Origin: a virus
Taxonomy: Duplodnaviria; Caudoviricetes
Length of the DNA stretch: 60,589 bases
Virus record (IMG/VR): IMGVR_UViG_3300014208_000008
Span: 1-60,589 of that record
Direction: 5' to 3' (one strand)
Shown here piece after piece: positions 37,362 to 46,659 of this stretch (position 1 is the first letter of the stretch; the number at the start of each line of letters is the position of its first letter). Below the pieces are notes generated by a model that saw nothing but the letters and a program-made list of their open reading frames with translations, was not told where the DNA came from and ran no database searches. Position numbers and translations under genes: made by a program.

Positions 37362-37790
37362 TTATAACTTTGTAACTTTTCCATACTCATCTTGTACAAA
37401 TGTTTCCGTGAAGCCTTCATCATCTTGCGAAAAAACATGTTGTATAAATATTTTAGATGATTTTTCTCTAAGTGCCTTAGGTACATATTTAGCATAACTA
37501 TAGCTCATTGGATCAATCATAAAACGGCTACTACCGATTGATTTAATTAATCCAGCCTTTTGTAATGATTGTATATATTGAGAAGCTAGTGATAAAGGAT
37601 TGTTTGATTTTGCACCTATAGCTTTCAGAATATCGCGCTTAACCATTGGCGATAAATCAACATACATAATCTTAATGGTTTCATCAAATTCCATTCTTGA
37701 GAGCAAATGCGCTAAGAACAATGTTTTTTTGTTCGCTACAAATGCCAGTTTTGATAAATGTTCAAAATATGTCATAAATGGTTGTTTCAT
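37362..37790 (-). CDS. RepL-like winged-helix protein
   Basis: 'FLAHLL..M', 'SQYIQSLQKAGLIK' and 'RFMIDP'. Confidence 0.5.
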   Translation of the reverse strand: MKQPFMTYFEHLSKLAFVANKKTLFLAHLLSRMEFDETIKIMYVDLSPMVKRDILKAIGAKSNNPLSLASQYIQSLQKAGLIKSIGSSRFMIDPMSYSYAKYVPKALREKSSKIFIQHVFSQDDEGFTETFVQDEYGKVTKL

Positions 37791-38056
37791 TTTATTCGGC
37801 AGTTAGTATCGTTAATATGTTGCTAGTATAACATTACTTTATTACTACCGCTAGTAATTTAGTTACGATTAATTAATTATTATTTAGCTATTCTTTTACA
37901 CTCACTTCCGCTTTGCTACAGCTCAAACAAAGGTGTGTATTATTTTAAATTGCCAATTTATGCTATGTTATTGAATATAAAAATAATTTTCTTAGTGTTT
38001 ATTAGCATACTTCGTAGTAGAACAGTTAAACTTTCATGTAGCTATGCTTATCAATT

Positions 38057-38497
38057 CTAGTAAAAATATAAGCGGCATTTTTCACGCACTATACAACAAA
38101 ATACAGGTATCGACATTGCCATTGTTAGGCCAATATCATTAGATACGCCAAAATCAGGCCGTACGTAGTGCAGTGGAGCTATAACAGTCCAATCTCGTCT
38201 ATCAGCACGGTAAATCAATATCGGCTCTAATTGTGCCATTTCTGCCTGAAATACAGTTTGCTTCCACCATCCTTTAATATCACCAGGATCAGCCTGCCGG
38301 TAACGCTTACTTTCAATAGCCAATCGCCTAAAATTATCTGATACCGGGCCAACTTCATCAGGATGTACAATCAAATCATAGCCACCGCTTCTTGTTTGCT
38401 CAAGGTTACGAATGAGCTTTATGCCGGTGTAGTCAAATATTAGTTTAGCCACATCACGCTCAGCCGACGAACCTTTGTTTTTTGAATTAATCTTCAT
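38057..38497 (-). CDS. PD-(D/E)XK Holliday-junction-resolvase-like nuclease
   Basis: 'SKNKG..AER', 'GGYDL', 'IESKR' and 'WWKQ'. Confidence 0.75.
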   Translation of the reverse strand: MKINSKNKGSSAERDVAKLIFDYTGIKLIRNLEQTRSGGYDLIVHPDEVGPVSDNFRRLAIESKRYRQADPGDIKGWWKQTVFQAEMAQLEPILIYRADRRDWTVIAPLHYVRPDFGVSNDIGLTMAMSIPVFCCIVREKCRLYFY

Positions 38498-38667
38498 TTA
38501 TGTCAACAATATCAGTCCATTTGCTATCATAATATTCTTTTGGTTTGCTTGAATTAGATATATCAATCAGTGTTAAATAACCTTCATCACATGCGGCAAT
38601 ATCATCCTCTTCATAACTATCATGTTTACAAATATGTCCATCTTCAAAAATAAATAAATACATTTCA

Positions 38668-39354
38668 TCATTCCAAAAAATTCATCAGTTTGTAAAGCTT
38701 GCGTGTTTTCTCAACATCAGCCTTATTATATAAAGCAATCTCTTCAATGCGGCCTTCTAGCCAGTAATCAAAAACACGAGAGCCGTCTAAATCACCTTTG
38801 CCATCCATGCCGAACTCTTGAGCTAATGCGTCTAATTTACCAACGCCAGAATATTGTCCAAGTCCAGTCCAGGCAACCTTAGTGTCGAATATAATATCAT
38901 CCCAAGGTTTAGCATCGTAAGGTATGCGTAAAGGTGGTTTAATGCCAAGAACAACGCAACGCTGCCATAAGAATCTCAGATCGAAATTTAAAATCCAATG
39001 TCCAATCCATTTAGTGATAAATTCACGATTGCCATTTTTATCAAGCAAACTTGTTATTGCATCAAAAAACTCTCTGATAATTCTAGTCTCGTCTTTACCG
39101 CTATATCGATAAACAACATCAATTTGCTCATCATCAATAGCCCAAGCTATGCTTATTATCTCACCATAAAGGCCGTCAAAGGATTGTTTGCGGTACAGTT
39201 CCATAGCTGCAATATCTGCGTTCTCAGCATACCATTTAGCAACAGTTTCAGGCTTTGATATGTTTCCTGGGTGCTTGATTGTTTCTCTTATTTTTTCATA
39301 AGCTCCAGGTTTTTGTGAAGGGATGGTTTCAATGTCAAACGTAATCTCAGCCAT
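38668..39354 (-). CDS. 3'-5' exonuclease (DnaQ/PolB-exo-like)
   Basis: ExoI 'FDIET', ExoII 'GHWILNFD' and ExoIII 'YNKADV'; RBS AGGAG before ATG 39354. Confidence 0.85.
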   Translation of the reverse strand: MAEITFDIETIPSQKPGAYEKIRETIKHPGNISKPETVAKWYAENADIAAMELYRKQSFDGLYGEIISIAWAIDDEQIDVVYRYSGKDETRIIREFFDAITSLLDKNGNREFITKWIGHWILNFDLRFLWQRCVVLGIKPPLRIPYDAKPWDDIIFDTKVAWTGLGQYSGVGKLDALAQEFGMDGKGDLDGSRVFDYWLEGRIEEIALYNKADVEKTRKLYKLMNFLE

Positions 39355-39364
39355 TTTAGTACTC

Positions 39365-40015
39365 CTATTTATTATCTTCGTTATGATCCCACCTAAATGG
39401 TACATCATCGTCATAATTTTCCATGTCTCCATTGGTGTCAGCACTATCGCATTCCTGCATAAGCAATGTTTTATCGGCGGTGCTTAAAGAATACCGTTGT
39501 AAAATAGAATCAAAATTACCGTCACGTTTATAAGCAGCCTTGGCATTTGTCCAGGCTTTAATCATATTAGGCAGCAAAGGCGGTTTATTAGGTTCTATTT
39601 CTGCTTTTGGCTCTGTTTTTGGAGGAACTTGTAAGCTTTCCTTACCAGTTGATGCGTCGATTGCATCGTGTTCAACAATCTCCATTGCAGATTGCCACAG
39701 ATACCTTCGCAGATAGGTTTGCACTGCACCAAGGTTTTGTATCGGATGTGATCCTTTTAGCAGAGCTGTTGACATTGGGCTTGTAATTATAATCTTACCT
39801 TCACCGTCAAATTCGTGGATAGTTAAATAGGCCATTTCACTATCAAATGTAACAATTCCACACAAGCCAACTTCATTAAAGATAACCTGAATTGCTGGTA
39901 GGTAATCTCCTAACTCGAAATATTTGTAACCGGCGAACTTGTTATTTCCGGTTTTTTTAAGTTCCATTTTTTGTAGTAAAATACGAGCTTCCTGTAATTT
40001 CTGGTAAATGTTCAT
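39365..40015 (-). CDS. erf: ERF-family single-strand annealing protein
   Basis: 'KKTGNNKFAGYKYFEL' and 'IQNLGAVQTYLRRY..EIVEHD'. Confidence 0.85.
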   Translation of the reverse strand: MNIYQKLQEARILLQKMELKKTGNNKFAGYKYFELGDYLPAIQVIFNEVGLCGIVTFDSEMAYLTIHEFDGEGKIIITSPMSTALLKGSHPIQNLGAVQTYLRRYLWQSAMEIVEHDAIDASTGKESLQVPPKTEPKAEIEPNKPPLLPNMIKAWTNAKAAYKRDGNFDSILQRYSLSTADKTLLMQECDSADTNGDMENYDDDVPFRWDHNEDNK

Positions 40016-40331
40016 TTTATCCCCCAGTTGTACATCCTAGCTGTTTCTTTTGCCGTTTCCTTTTCAGCTTGTTCATATAGCCGGCCATATTCAGCCAAGT
40101 AATGCCGGTTTGCACTTCTTACACGGCCACGTTTGAAATCGTAGCGAGCCAGTAATTTCATTATTGTTTTCATTTCTCGCACCGTTTATTTATTTGATGT
40201 TGATTTACTGCTTCTATTTTTTTTTGTACGCCTGTTTCTTGCGTCAAGCAACAAATCAAAATTATCTGCAAGAGTATCGCCATAAGCTCTAATTAGTCTT
40301 GCAAGTTTTCTTGCTGGGAAATTTCGTGGTT

Positions 40332-40499
40332 TCATTTCTTTATCCTCATGTATCTTCTCAATGCCGCCTCAATTATGGCCTTCTTAGTTGGGTGGCTGCC
40401 TTTTTTATTAAACACAGTTTCTCTAAATGAGGTTAGAGCGTTCGCTAATTCCTCACTTATCCAAACAGCTTTAAGTTTTTTGTACTCTTTCATATTCAT
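40332..40499 (-). CDS. Ribbon-helix-helix-like small regulator; not in the ORF track
   Basis: Manual translation (MN)MKEYKKLKAVWISEELANALTSFRETVFNKKGSHPTKKAIIEAALRRYMRIKK. It is the first gene of the left early arm. Confidence 0.55.
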   Translation of the reverse strand: MNMKEYKKLKAVWISEELANALTSFRETVFNKKGSHPTKKAIIEAALRRYMRIKK

Positions 40500-40524
40500 T
40501 TCAGTAAAATTAAAATACAGCTAT

Positions 40525-40605
40525 AGAATAATCTTTTTATAGCAAATGTCAACATTTTTTTATATAAAATATAGATTGATTTTGCTATAGATCTGTGTAT
40601 GATAT
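40525..40605. promoter_or_regulatory. Divergent early promoters
   Basis: Leftward TTGACA (40552-40547)..TATTCT; rightward TTGATT (40576)..TATGAT. Confidence 0.6.
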
Positions 40606-40644
40606 TAATTTTATGAAATACCAAAATAATGCTAAACTATAACT

Positions 40645-40744
40645 GAGAGTGAAGTCTCAAATAAGAAACTAAACAAAGCTGTATTTTTAGCCGGTGGCCC
40701 AGTTTCTTAGCCAACTTCACCCGGTTTTGAATGCAGCTTTTTTT
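40645..40744 (+). promoter_or_regulatory. Structured leader or attenuator of the right early operon
   Basis: Terminator-like AAAGCTGTATT/AATGCAGCTTT plus a T-run, with GTGAAG/CTTCAC and TAAGAAACT/AGTTTCTTA complementarities. Confidence 0.55.
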
Positions 40745-40759
40745 ATACCTGGAGTTTAT

Positions 40760-41779
40760 ATGAGTAATCAAGAAATAATCGAATATGAAAATGATGGCGT
40801 TATTATTCAGTTAAATATGGCAGGACAAGCGCTAGAAAGAGCAACAACTATAATAGATAACAAAATAGTGCTTGATGTTGCTCATGCTGCAAAAATATTC
40901 TGCATACGTCAAAAATTATCAAAAGAGCGCATTGCACAGGCAACCTACATTGAAGTAAGCGCATTAAAAAACATTGGCGAATTGCTAAAGAATACAGAGA
41001 GAGCGAAAGGTACAGCGGGCGGAGGTAATGCTAATGTTACCGGCGGTAACAAAGTGGAACCGCCGGTAAATGATGCACCAACATTAACAGAACTTGGCTT
41101 AACAAAAAAAGAATCAAGTATTGCTCAAACGATAGCTTCGCTTGATGATGAGTCACTGGAAACATTAAAAAGCGGTAACAAAACTGTTAATCAAGTTGTG
41201 AAGGAAAAGAAAACAGAGCAAAGGAATAGCGATATTGCAGAACAAAGGCAAGCAATAGCTGAAGGTAAAGCAATGCTTCCAAGTGGTGTTTTTGAGGTAA
41301 TCGTTATTGATCCGCCTTGGAATTATGGCAGAAAATACGATCCAGATTCTAGCCGGGTGGCTAATCCATATCCTGAAATGGCACAGAGTGAACTATTAAA
41401 ACTTGAAATTCCATTTGCTGATGATGCTGTATGTTTTTTATGGACAACACATAAGTTTATTTGGGATGCAAAAGAACTGCTAGATAAATGGAGATTTGAA
41501 TACAAAGCTAATTTGGTTTGGGATAAAGAAAGTATGGGTATAGGATCATGGTTGCGTATGCAGTGCGAATTCTGCTTAATTGGTATAAAAGGAAAGCCAA
41601 CATGGATAAATACAGAATACAGGGATATTATCCGAGAAAAGCGCAGGGAACACAGCAGGAAGCCAGAATCATTTTATAACTTTGTTGAAGCGGTAACAGT
41701 TGGCAGAAAATTAGATTATTTCTCAAGAGAACAAAGAGCAGGATGGGCAACATTTGGTAATGATGCAAGTAAGTTTTGA
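40760..41779 (+). CDS. MT-A70-family adenine methyltransferase with an N-terminal helical domain
   Basis: 'IDPPW', 'FLWTT' and 'REHSRKP'; RBS GGAG before ATG 40760. Confidence 0.9.
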   Translation: MSNQEIIEYENDGVIIQLNMAGQALERATTIIDNKIVLDVAHAAKIFCIRQKLSKERIAQATYIEVSALKNIGELLKNTERAKGTAGGGNANVTGGNKVEPPVNDAPTLTELGLTKKESSIAQTIASLDDESLETLKSGNKTVNQVVKEKKTEQRNSDIAEQRQAIAEGKAMLPSGVFEVIVIDPPWNYGRKYDPDSSRVANPYPEMAQSELLKLEIPFADDAVCFLWTTHKFIWDAKELLDKWRFEYKANLVWDKESMGIGSWLRMQCEFCLIGIKGKPTWINTEYRDIIREKRREHSRKPESFYNFVEAVTVGRKLDYFSREQRAGWATFGNDASKF

Positions 41780-42257
41780 AACTGCGCTTAAAAAGGGATA
41801 TTTAGGCGAGGAAATAATAAAACGGTATCTTGAAAATAAAGGTTGGGTTATATATCAACCTACAACTAAAGGCGCTCATGCGTTCGATATGTTGAGCATT
41901 AAAGATAAAAGAACAGCTATAGCAATCGATGTTAAAGCAAAATCAAAATTAACTTTTATTGATGCGACAGGTATTGATCAAAGGCATTTTGAAACTTACT
42001 TAAAGTTTAGCCTTAAACATAATATGCCGTTTTGGATAATATTTGTTGATGAGTTTTTGATGGAAATATACGGAAATTGTTTATCTGAACTCGAAAAACC
42101 TTATGTTAAAGATGGCAAAAAATATCCTAATCATATTAGTAATGGAAAGATAAGGATATGGCACTTAGATACAATGAAAAGGATAAGCACTATTACCAAA
42201 GATGAAGCAAAGCAACTAAAAAACTATAATCAGAGAAATGAGAAATACAATTTATGA
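41763..42257 (+). CDS. PD-(D/E)XK-like endonuclease
   Basis: 'KGYLGEEII..YL..KGW', 'AFDML' and 'IDVKAK'; start uncertain (41760 or 41763). Confidence 0.6.
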   Translation: MQVSFETALKKGYLGEEIIKRYLENKGWVIYQPTTKGAHAFDMLSIKDKRTAIAIDVKAKSKLTFIDATGIDQRHFETYLKFSLKHNMPFWIIFVDEFLMEIYGNCLSELEKPYVKDGKKYPNHISNGKIRIWHLDTMKRISTITKDEAKQLKNYNQRNEKYNL

Positions 42258-43723
42258 TACTGCGAGATTATCAAGAAAAGCTCATACATGATGTACGAGA
42301 ATCAATAAGGAAAGGACATAAACGAATTTTAATGCAGCTCTGGGTTGGTGGTGGTAAAACTGTTATAAGCGCAGAAATAATGAAACTAGCTTATGCAAAA
42401 TATAAACGCTCTTTATTTATCGCACCACGTAGACAACTGGTATATCAGGCAAGTGAAACTTTTACTAATTATGGTATTAACAACGCTTTAATTATGGCAG
42501 GTGAATTGCAATTTAATCAGCCGTTGGTACAAGTGGCTTCTATTGATACTTTGGTAACTAGAATAAAAAATGGAAGAATGAGCTATCCTGATGCAGCTAT
42601 TGTTATCCAGGACGAAGCTCATGCGGCAATGAGCGAGGAAAGATTGAAGATATTAGGCCATTATCCTTTAGTTATTGGAATCACAAGCACACCGGCATTA
42701 GCCAATGGTAGAGGCATGGGAAGTTTTTACACGGATATTGTAGAAGGGCCAACTATGAAGGAAATGGTTGATAATGGTTTTCTTGTGCCAATGCGTTATT
42801 TTGGCGCGGAATCGCCTGATTTAGCTAATGTAAAATTAAACTCAGATGGTGATTACCAAGAGAAAGGATTGGCAGAGGCAAGCGATAAACCAGAATTGAT
42901 AGGCGCTATTTATGATAATTACAAACGCATTGCAGGTGACAGGACGACTCTTATTTTTGCTGTTAATTGTAAACATGCACAGCATATACACAATGAATTT
43001 CTATCGCACGGCGTTAATTCTGATTATATCGACGCACACACCGACACAGACGAAAGAGCGGCTATTAAGAGGCGTGTTGAAAGTGGACAAACTAAAGTTA
43101 TTGTGAATATTGGCGTTATGGCCTTTGGTGTTGATTGGCCGATAATTTCATGTGTAATAATAGCGAGAGTAACTAGAAATATATCAACATGGATTCAATA
43201 TCTTGGCCGTGGAACTCGGTTATATCCTGGAAAATCTGAGTGCATTTGCATATATCATGGTGATAACTTTTTAGAATTAGGAATGATTGATGAACCTATC
43301 GAATGGAACCTGGAAGATAAAACAACGATAAAAGAGCGTAAAGAAAAGGCCGCTAAAGAAGCTAAAGAGCCGAAAGAAATAACATGCAAGCAGTGTGGCT
43401 ATATATTTAAATCAAGGCGTGATTGTCCAAAATGCGGCTGTAAAATGATTCCATTTGGTGAAGCTATACCATTTCACAAAGCTGATTTGATAGAATTAAC
43501 TAAGCCGGAAAAATTTAGCAGTGAATACAAAGAAACATTTTACAGATGTTTGCTAGGCTATGCCAGACAACATAGATATAAAGAAGGATGGGCATATTGG
43601 CAATATAAGGAGAAGTTCGGTGTTGGCCCTGCTTGGAAAAAAGAAATGCGTGAACCAAGCGCAGACGTAATAAACTGGATTAAATATCAAAACATTAAAA
43701 AAGCAAAAGCGAGGATGAAATGA
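42254..43723 (+). CDS. SF2 DEAH-box helicase with zinc finger
   Basis: 'LRDYQ', 'GGGKT', 'DEAH', 'QYLGRGTR' and CxxC..CxxC. Confidence 0.9.
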   Translation: MILRDYQEKLIHDVRESIRKGHKRILMQLWVGGGKTVISAEIMKLAYAKYKRSLFIAPRRQLVYQASETFTNYGINNALIMAGELQFNQPLVQVASIDTLVTRIKNGRMSYPDAAIVIQDEAHAAMSEERLKILGHYPLVIGITSTPALANGRGMGSFYTDIVEGPTMKEMVDNGFLVPMRYFGAESPDLANVKLNSDGDYQEKGLAEASDKPELIGAIYDNYKRIAGDRTTLIFAVNCKHAQHIHNEFLSHGVNSDYIDAHTDTDERAAIKRRVESGQTKVIVNIGVMAFGVDWPIISCVIIARVTRNISTWIQYLGRGTRLYPGKSECICIYHGDNFLELGMIDEPIEWNLEDKTTIKERKEKAAKEAKEPKEITCKQCGYIFKSRRDCPKCGCKMIPFGEAIPFHKADLIELTKPEKFSSEYKETFYRCLLGYARQHRYKEGWAYWQYKEKFGVGPAWKKEMREPSADVINWIKYQNIKKAKARMK

Positions 43724-43950
43724 AAGCGTTATACAATCCAACAGATATGAGTTTTCCAGGACCATTATCTTTTGAATATGAAAAACCAAAAGATAATCGG
43801 CTCACAAAAAAAGAATTGCAGGTTCTTACAAAACTGCTTAACGGAATTAGAAAAGGAATGTATTTTGAGACCATGATGCAGATAGTAAGAAATAGCGATG
43901 ATGTAACACTTTATACGATTACCGATAAACTTAACGAGATAGCGAAATGA
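43720..43950 (+). CDS. Hypothetical protein
   Basis: Coupled ORF. Confidence 0.5.
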   Translation: MKALYNPTDMSFPGPLSFEYEKPKDNRLTKKELQVLTKLLNGIRKGMYFETMMQIVRNSDDVTLYTITDKLNEIAK

Positions 43951-44052
43951 ATCATGAAATTGAATTAAATGCTTATGAAATTATAAAAAATTCTTGGAAT
44001 TGGGATGATAAAACAATTCTATGGGCAGAAAAGAAAATAGAAGGTGAAAGCA

Positions 44053-44820
44053 ATGATAAAAATAGTAGTTCCAATATCAGGCGGGAAAGACAGCCAAGCT
44101 TGTTTAAAATTGGCTTTGCAAAGTTATGATAAAGATGAGGTTATTGGATTGTTTTGTGATACACAATTCGAGCATCCATTAACATATGCGCATATTGATA
44201 AGATGCGTGATTTATATGGTGTAAAAATAGAGCGTGTTTGTGCTGGTTCGGTTTCTGAAAAAATACTAGGATTAACAAATCCAAGATTCCCAAGTGGTAC
44301 AGCTAGATTTTGTACAGATCAATTAAAGATAATACCGAGTAAAGTATTTTATAAAGAATTGGCAATTAAACAGGGTGGTTTTGAAGTTTGGTATGGTATG
44401 CGTTCTGATGAATCAAAAGAAAGAGAATTACGATATAAAAATAAAGTAAATACTGAAATTTATGATCCGCATGATATACAGAAACATTACCCTAAATATC
44501 TTTTTAAACTTGGCGTAACTTTTAGACTGCCAGTCCTTGATTTTTCAAAGAATGAAATTTTTGAATTATTAGGTAATGAATACAATCCGCTTTATGACGC
44601 TGGATTTGAAAGAGTTGGGTGCTTTCCATGTTTAGCAAGCGGAGACAAGTGGAAAAGAAAAGCATTTCAACATGATAATTTTGGAAGGCAGCAAAGAGTA
44701 ATTGTTACTGAACTTGAAAAGAAGATAGGACATTCTATTTATACAAGCAAAGGCGAGGCAATTAGAAACAATAAAAACCAAGATGACCTTTTTACGGGTT
44801 GCTCATTTTGTGCAATTTAA
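44053..44820 (+). CDS. PAPS-reductase-family (PP-loop, Fe-S) protein
   Basis: 'ISGGKDS', 'RFCT..LK', 'GMRSDES..R' and 'RVGCFPC'. Confidence 0.85.
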   Translation: MIKIVVPISGGKDSQACLKLALQSYDKDEVIGLFCDTQFEHPLTYAHIDKMRDLYGVKIERVCAGSVSEKILGLTNPRFPSGTARFCTDQLKIIPSKVFYKELAIKQGGFEVWYGMRSDESKERELRYKNKVNTEIYDPHDIQKHYPKYLFKLGVTFRLPVLDFSKNEIFELLGNEYNPLYDAGFERVGCFPCLASGDKWKRKAFQHDNFGRQQRVIVTELEKKIGHSIYTSKGEAIRNNKNQDDLFTGCSFCAI

Positions 44821-44838
44821 CGAGTTAGCGAAAGGACG

Positions 44839-45117
44839 ATGATGGCCCAAGTAACAGAAGACTTCGCACGGCAAATGCTTGTGCATGCAGCACGCGGAGA
44901 ACATGCACCACTGACCAGATGGGAAGAAGAACAACTGGCGCGAGCATGGCTGTGCTTGAACGATGCCAGGAAACTTGCAGCGCAACAAGCTGAAGATGAT
45001 GGCCTGTGGTTCGACGCGGTGCATGTGACCGAGGACTATCTCCAACGCGCTTTGAGGACGCTGACGGCGGTTGTTGAAGGGTCTAACGCAATATATACGA
45101 CAACGAGGTTAAAATGA
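44839..45117 (+). CDS. Hypothetical protein, GC-rich insert
   Basis: One 60-nt line counted by hand is 57% GC, well above its neighbours. Confidence 0.55.
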   Translation: MMAQVTEDFARQMLVHAARGEHAPLTRWEEEQLARAWLCLNDARKLAAQQAEDDGLWFDAVHVTEDYLQRALRTLTAVVEGSNAIYTTTRLK

Positions 45118-45299
45118 TAAAACATAACCACATACTAGAAAACTTCCACGATTCAGCGCCACCAAATCAGCCTACACAAGCGCAAGTTGACGCACTTAAG
45201 GCAGAGCGAGATAGACGAAACAAAGAGCTAGGTGCAGAGCTTGCGCTAAGAAATTTCAAAGAATGGCAACGTTTATTAAAATAGCATGCAGGTATAATT

Positions 45300-45524
45300 A
45301 TGCGTATCACTTATAATATTGCACGCGCAGATTTTGAAAAACTTGAAGAATTACTTGAATTAAACGATCAAGTTGATATTGATTCAGACCGAGAATATTT
45401 AATGCAGAATCCGACAAAGACAACGGCTATGAGAATGTACATAAGCTGTATAAAACTTTGGTTTTCAGAGCATGGAGTAATCAATGGAACTGAGGATATA
45501 GCTAAACGCTATGGATGTTTATAA
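45300..45524 (+). CDS. Hypothetical protein
   Basis: ORF with an AGGT RBS. Confidence 0.5.
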   Translation: MRITYNIARADFEKLEELLELNDQVDIDSDREYLMQNPTKTTAMRMYISCIKLWFSEHGVINGTEDIAKRYGCL

Positions 45525-45554
45525 GTTATACGACAAATAGCAACGAGGTTTAAA

Positions 45555-45770
45555 ATGAAAGTAGAATTAAGCAAAGATGAAATAGAAAGAATATTATTCC
45601 ATATCGACTGCGCTCTTGAATATGCAGACGATGAAATAGCCAAAGATGAGCGAATTGCATTAACCAGGCTTTACGTTAAGTTTGAGCAATTAGCAAAATC
45701 ACAGGAAAGCAGGCAATATGAACTAAAGCTAAACTTCCTACAAACGCTATGGAATATAACAGGAATATGA
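45555..45770 (+). CDS. Hypothetical protein (paralog A)
   Basis: MKVELSKDEIE..KDERIALT; paralogous to 46443-46601. Confidence 0.65.
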   Translation: MKVELSKDEIERILFHIDCALEYADDEIAKDERIALTRLYVKFEQLAKSQESRQYELKLNFLQTLWNITGI

Positions 45771-45793
45771 TAATGGCAATGTGGATTTAAATT

Positions 45794-46021
45794 ATGAGCT
45801 TATACCAATGCGAAGAATGCGGAGCGAAAGAGAACACGGCGCTTGGTGCGTATTATGGACGCGATAGGAAGATATGTTCCGAATGCGACACAGGAAAATG
45901 GCATGGAGTTTTCCTAAAAATAGTTCTTCCTAAAGGAATGTTTGTCACAAACTCCGAAGGAAATTTGGCGCACAAAGAAACTGGCGATACTGACGTTAAA
46001 AAGTACGCTATTGATGTATAA
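45794..46021 (+). CDS. Small zinc-binding protein
   Basis: 'MSLYQCEECGAKENTA..CSEC..GKWHG'. Confidence 0.65.
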   Translation: MSLYQCEECGAKENTALGAYYGRDRKICSECDTGKWHGVFLKIVLPKGMFVTNSEGNLAHKETGDTDVKKYAIDV

Positions 46022-46074
46022 TGCAATTTTTCGCTAACGAAAACCTTTATAATTTTAACTAAATAGGAATTATC

Positions 46075-46260
46075 ATGACAACTACAGTAACGATAGACGC
46101 ACATTTAATGACAACAAAAGAGGTTGTTATTAAATTAACTGACAATGGCGAAACAATAGAAGAGTTTGTTTTGCAAGATGGTGAATCGGCGAATAGAGCT
46201 GTTTTCGATGGTCGCGAAATATCTGTAAAAGAAATATTAAAAAAAGTTGACAAAGTTTGA
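46075..46260 (+). CDS. Hypothetical small beta protein
   Basis: 'MTTTVTIDAH'; RBS AGGA. Confidence 0.55.
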   Translation: MTTTVTIDAHLMTTKEVVIKLTDNGETIEEFVLQDGESANRAVFDGREISVKEILKKVDKV

Positions 46261-46428
46261 AAATGATTTAATATGTAACCTTACGGGGTGGTTCCCTATA
46301 TTGCCGCTGGTGAAGCTAGTTTAAGTTCTAGCAATTTTGATTTTCCAGCGACGATCAAAATTAACCGGTCACCTGGCAATATACAAAATACTAAAAGGCT
46401 TGGTGGCTAACGCTATCAGGCCTTTTTT
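46247..46428 (+). ncRNA. Small structured RNA with its own promoter and terminator (c4-like architecture)
   Basis: TTGACA..TAATAT promoter. TATATTGCC/GGCAATATA closes a multi-stem junction. Terminator at 46393-46428. Confidence 0.55.
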
Positions 46429-46442
46429 ATTGGTTAAAATTT

Positions 46443-46601
46443 ATGAAAGTAGAATTATCACATGATGAAATAGAAACAATATTCTTTCATTTAGACTGTG
46501 CGCTAGATGACATAGATTGTGAGATAGAAAAAGACGAAAGGATTGCACTAACAAAACTTTACATAAAATTTGAACAGTTAGCAAAAGAATCAGAAGAATG
46601 A
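46443..46601 (+). CDS. Hypothetical protein (paralog B, 52 aa); not in the ORF track
   Basis: MKVELSHDEIETIFFHLDCALDDIDCEIEKDERIALTKLYIKFEQLAKESEE. Confidence 0.65.
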   Translation: MKVELSHDEIETIFFHLDCALDDIDCEIEKDERIALTKLYIKFEQLAKESEE

Positions 46602-46641
46602 AAAAGCCATGACATTATTAAATTAGTGTCATGGCTTTTTT
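46601..46641. terminator. Bidirectional intrinsic terminator
   Basis: AAAAAGCCATGACA...TGTCATGGCTTTTTT. Confidence 0.85.
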
Positions 46642-46659
46642 GTTTTTACCGGCTTCAAA

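Noticed and set aside
40833-40845. 13-nt match TAGAAAGAGCAAC between the tRNA-like cargo and the MT-A70 gene
   Set aside because: It is in the same sense as the mRNA, so it is not antisense, and it is short enough to arise by chance in an AT-rich genome.
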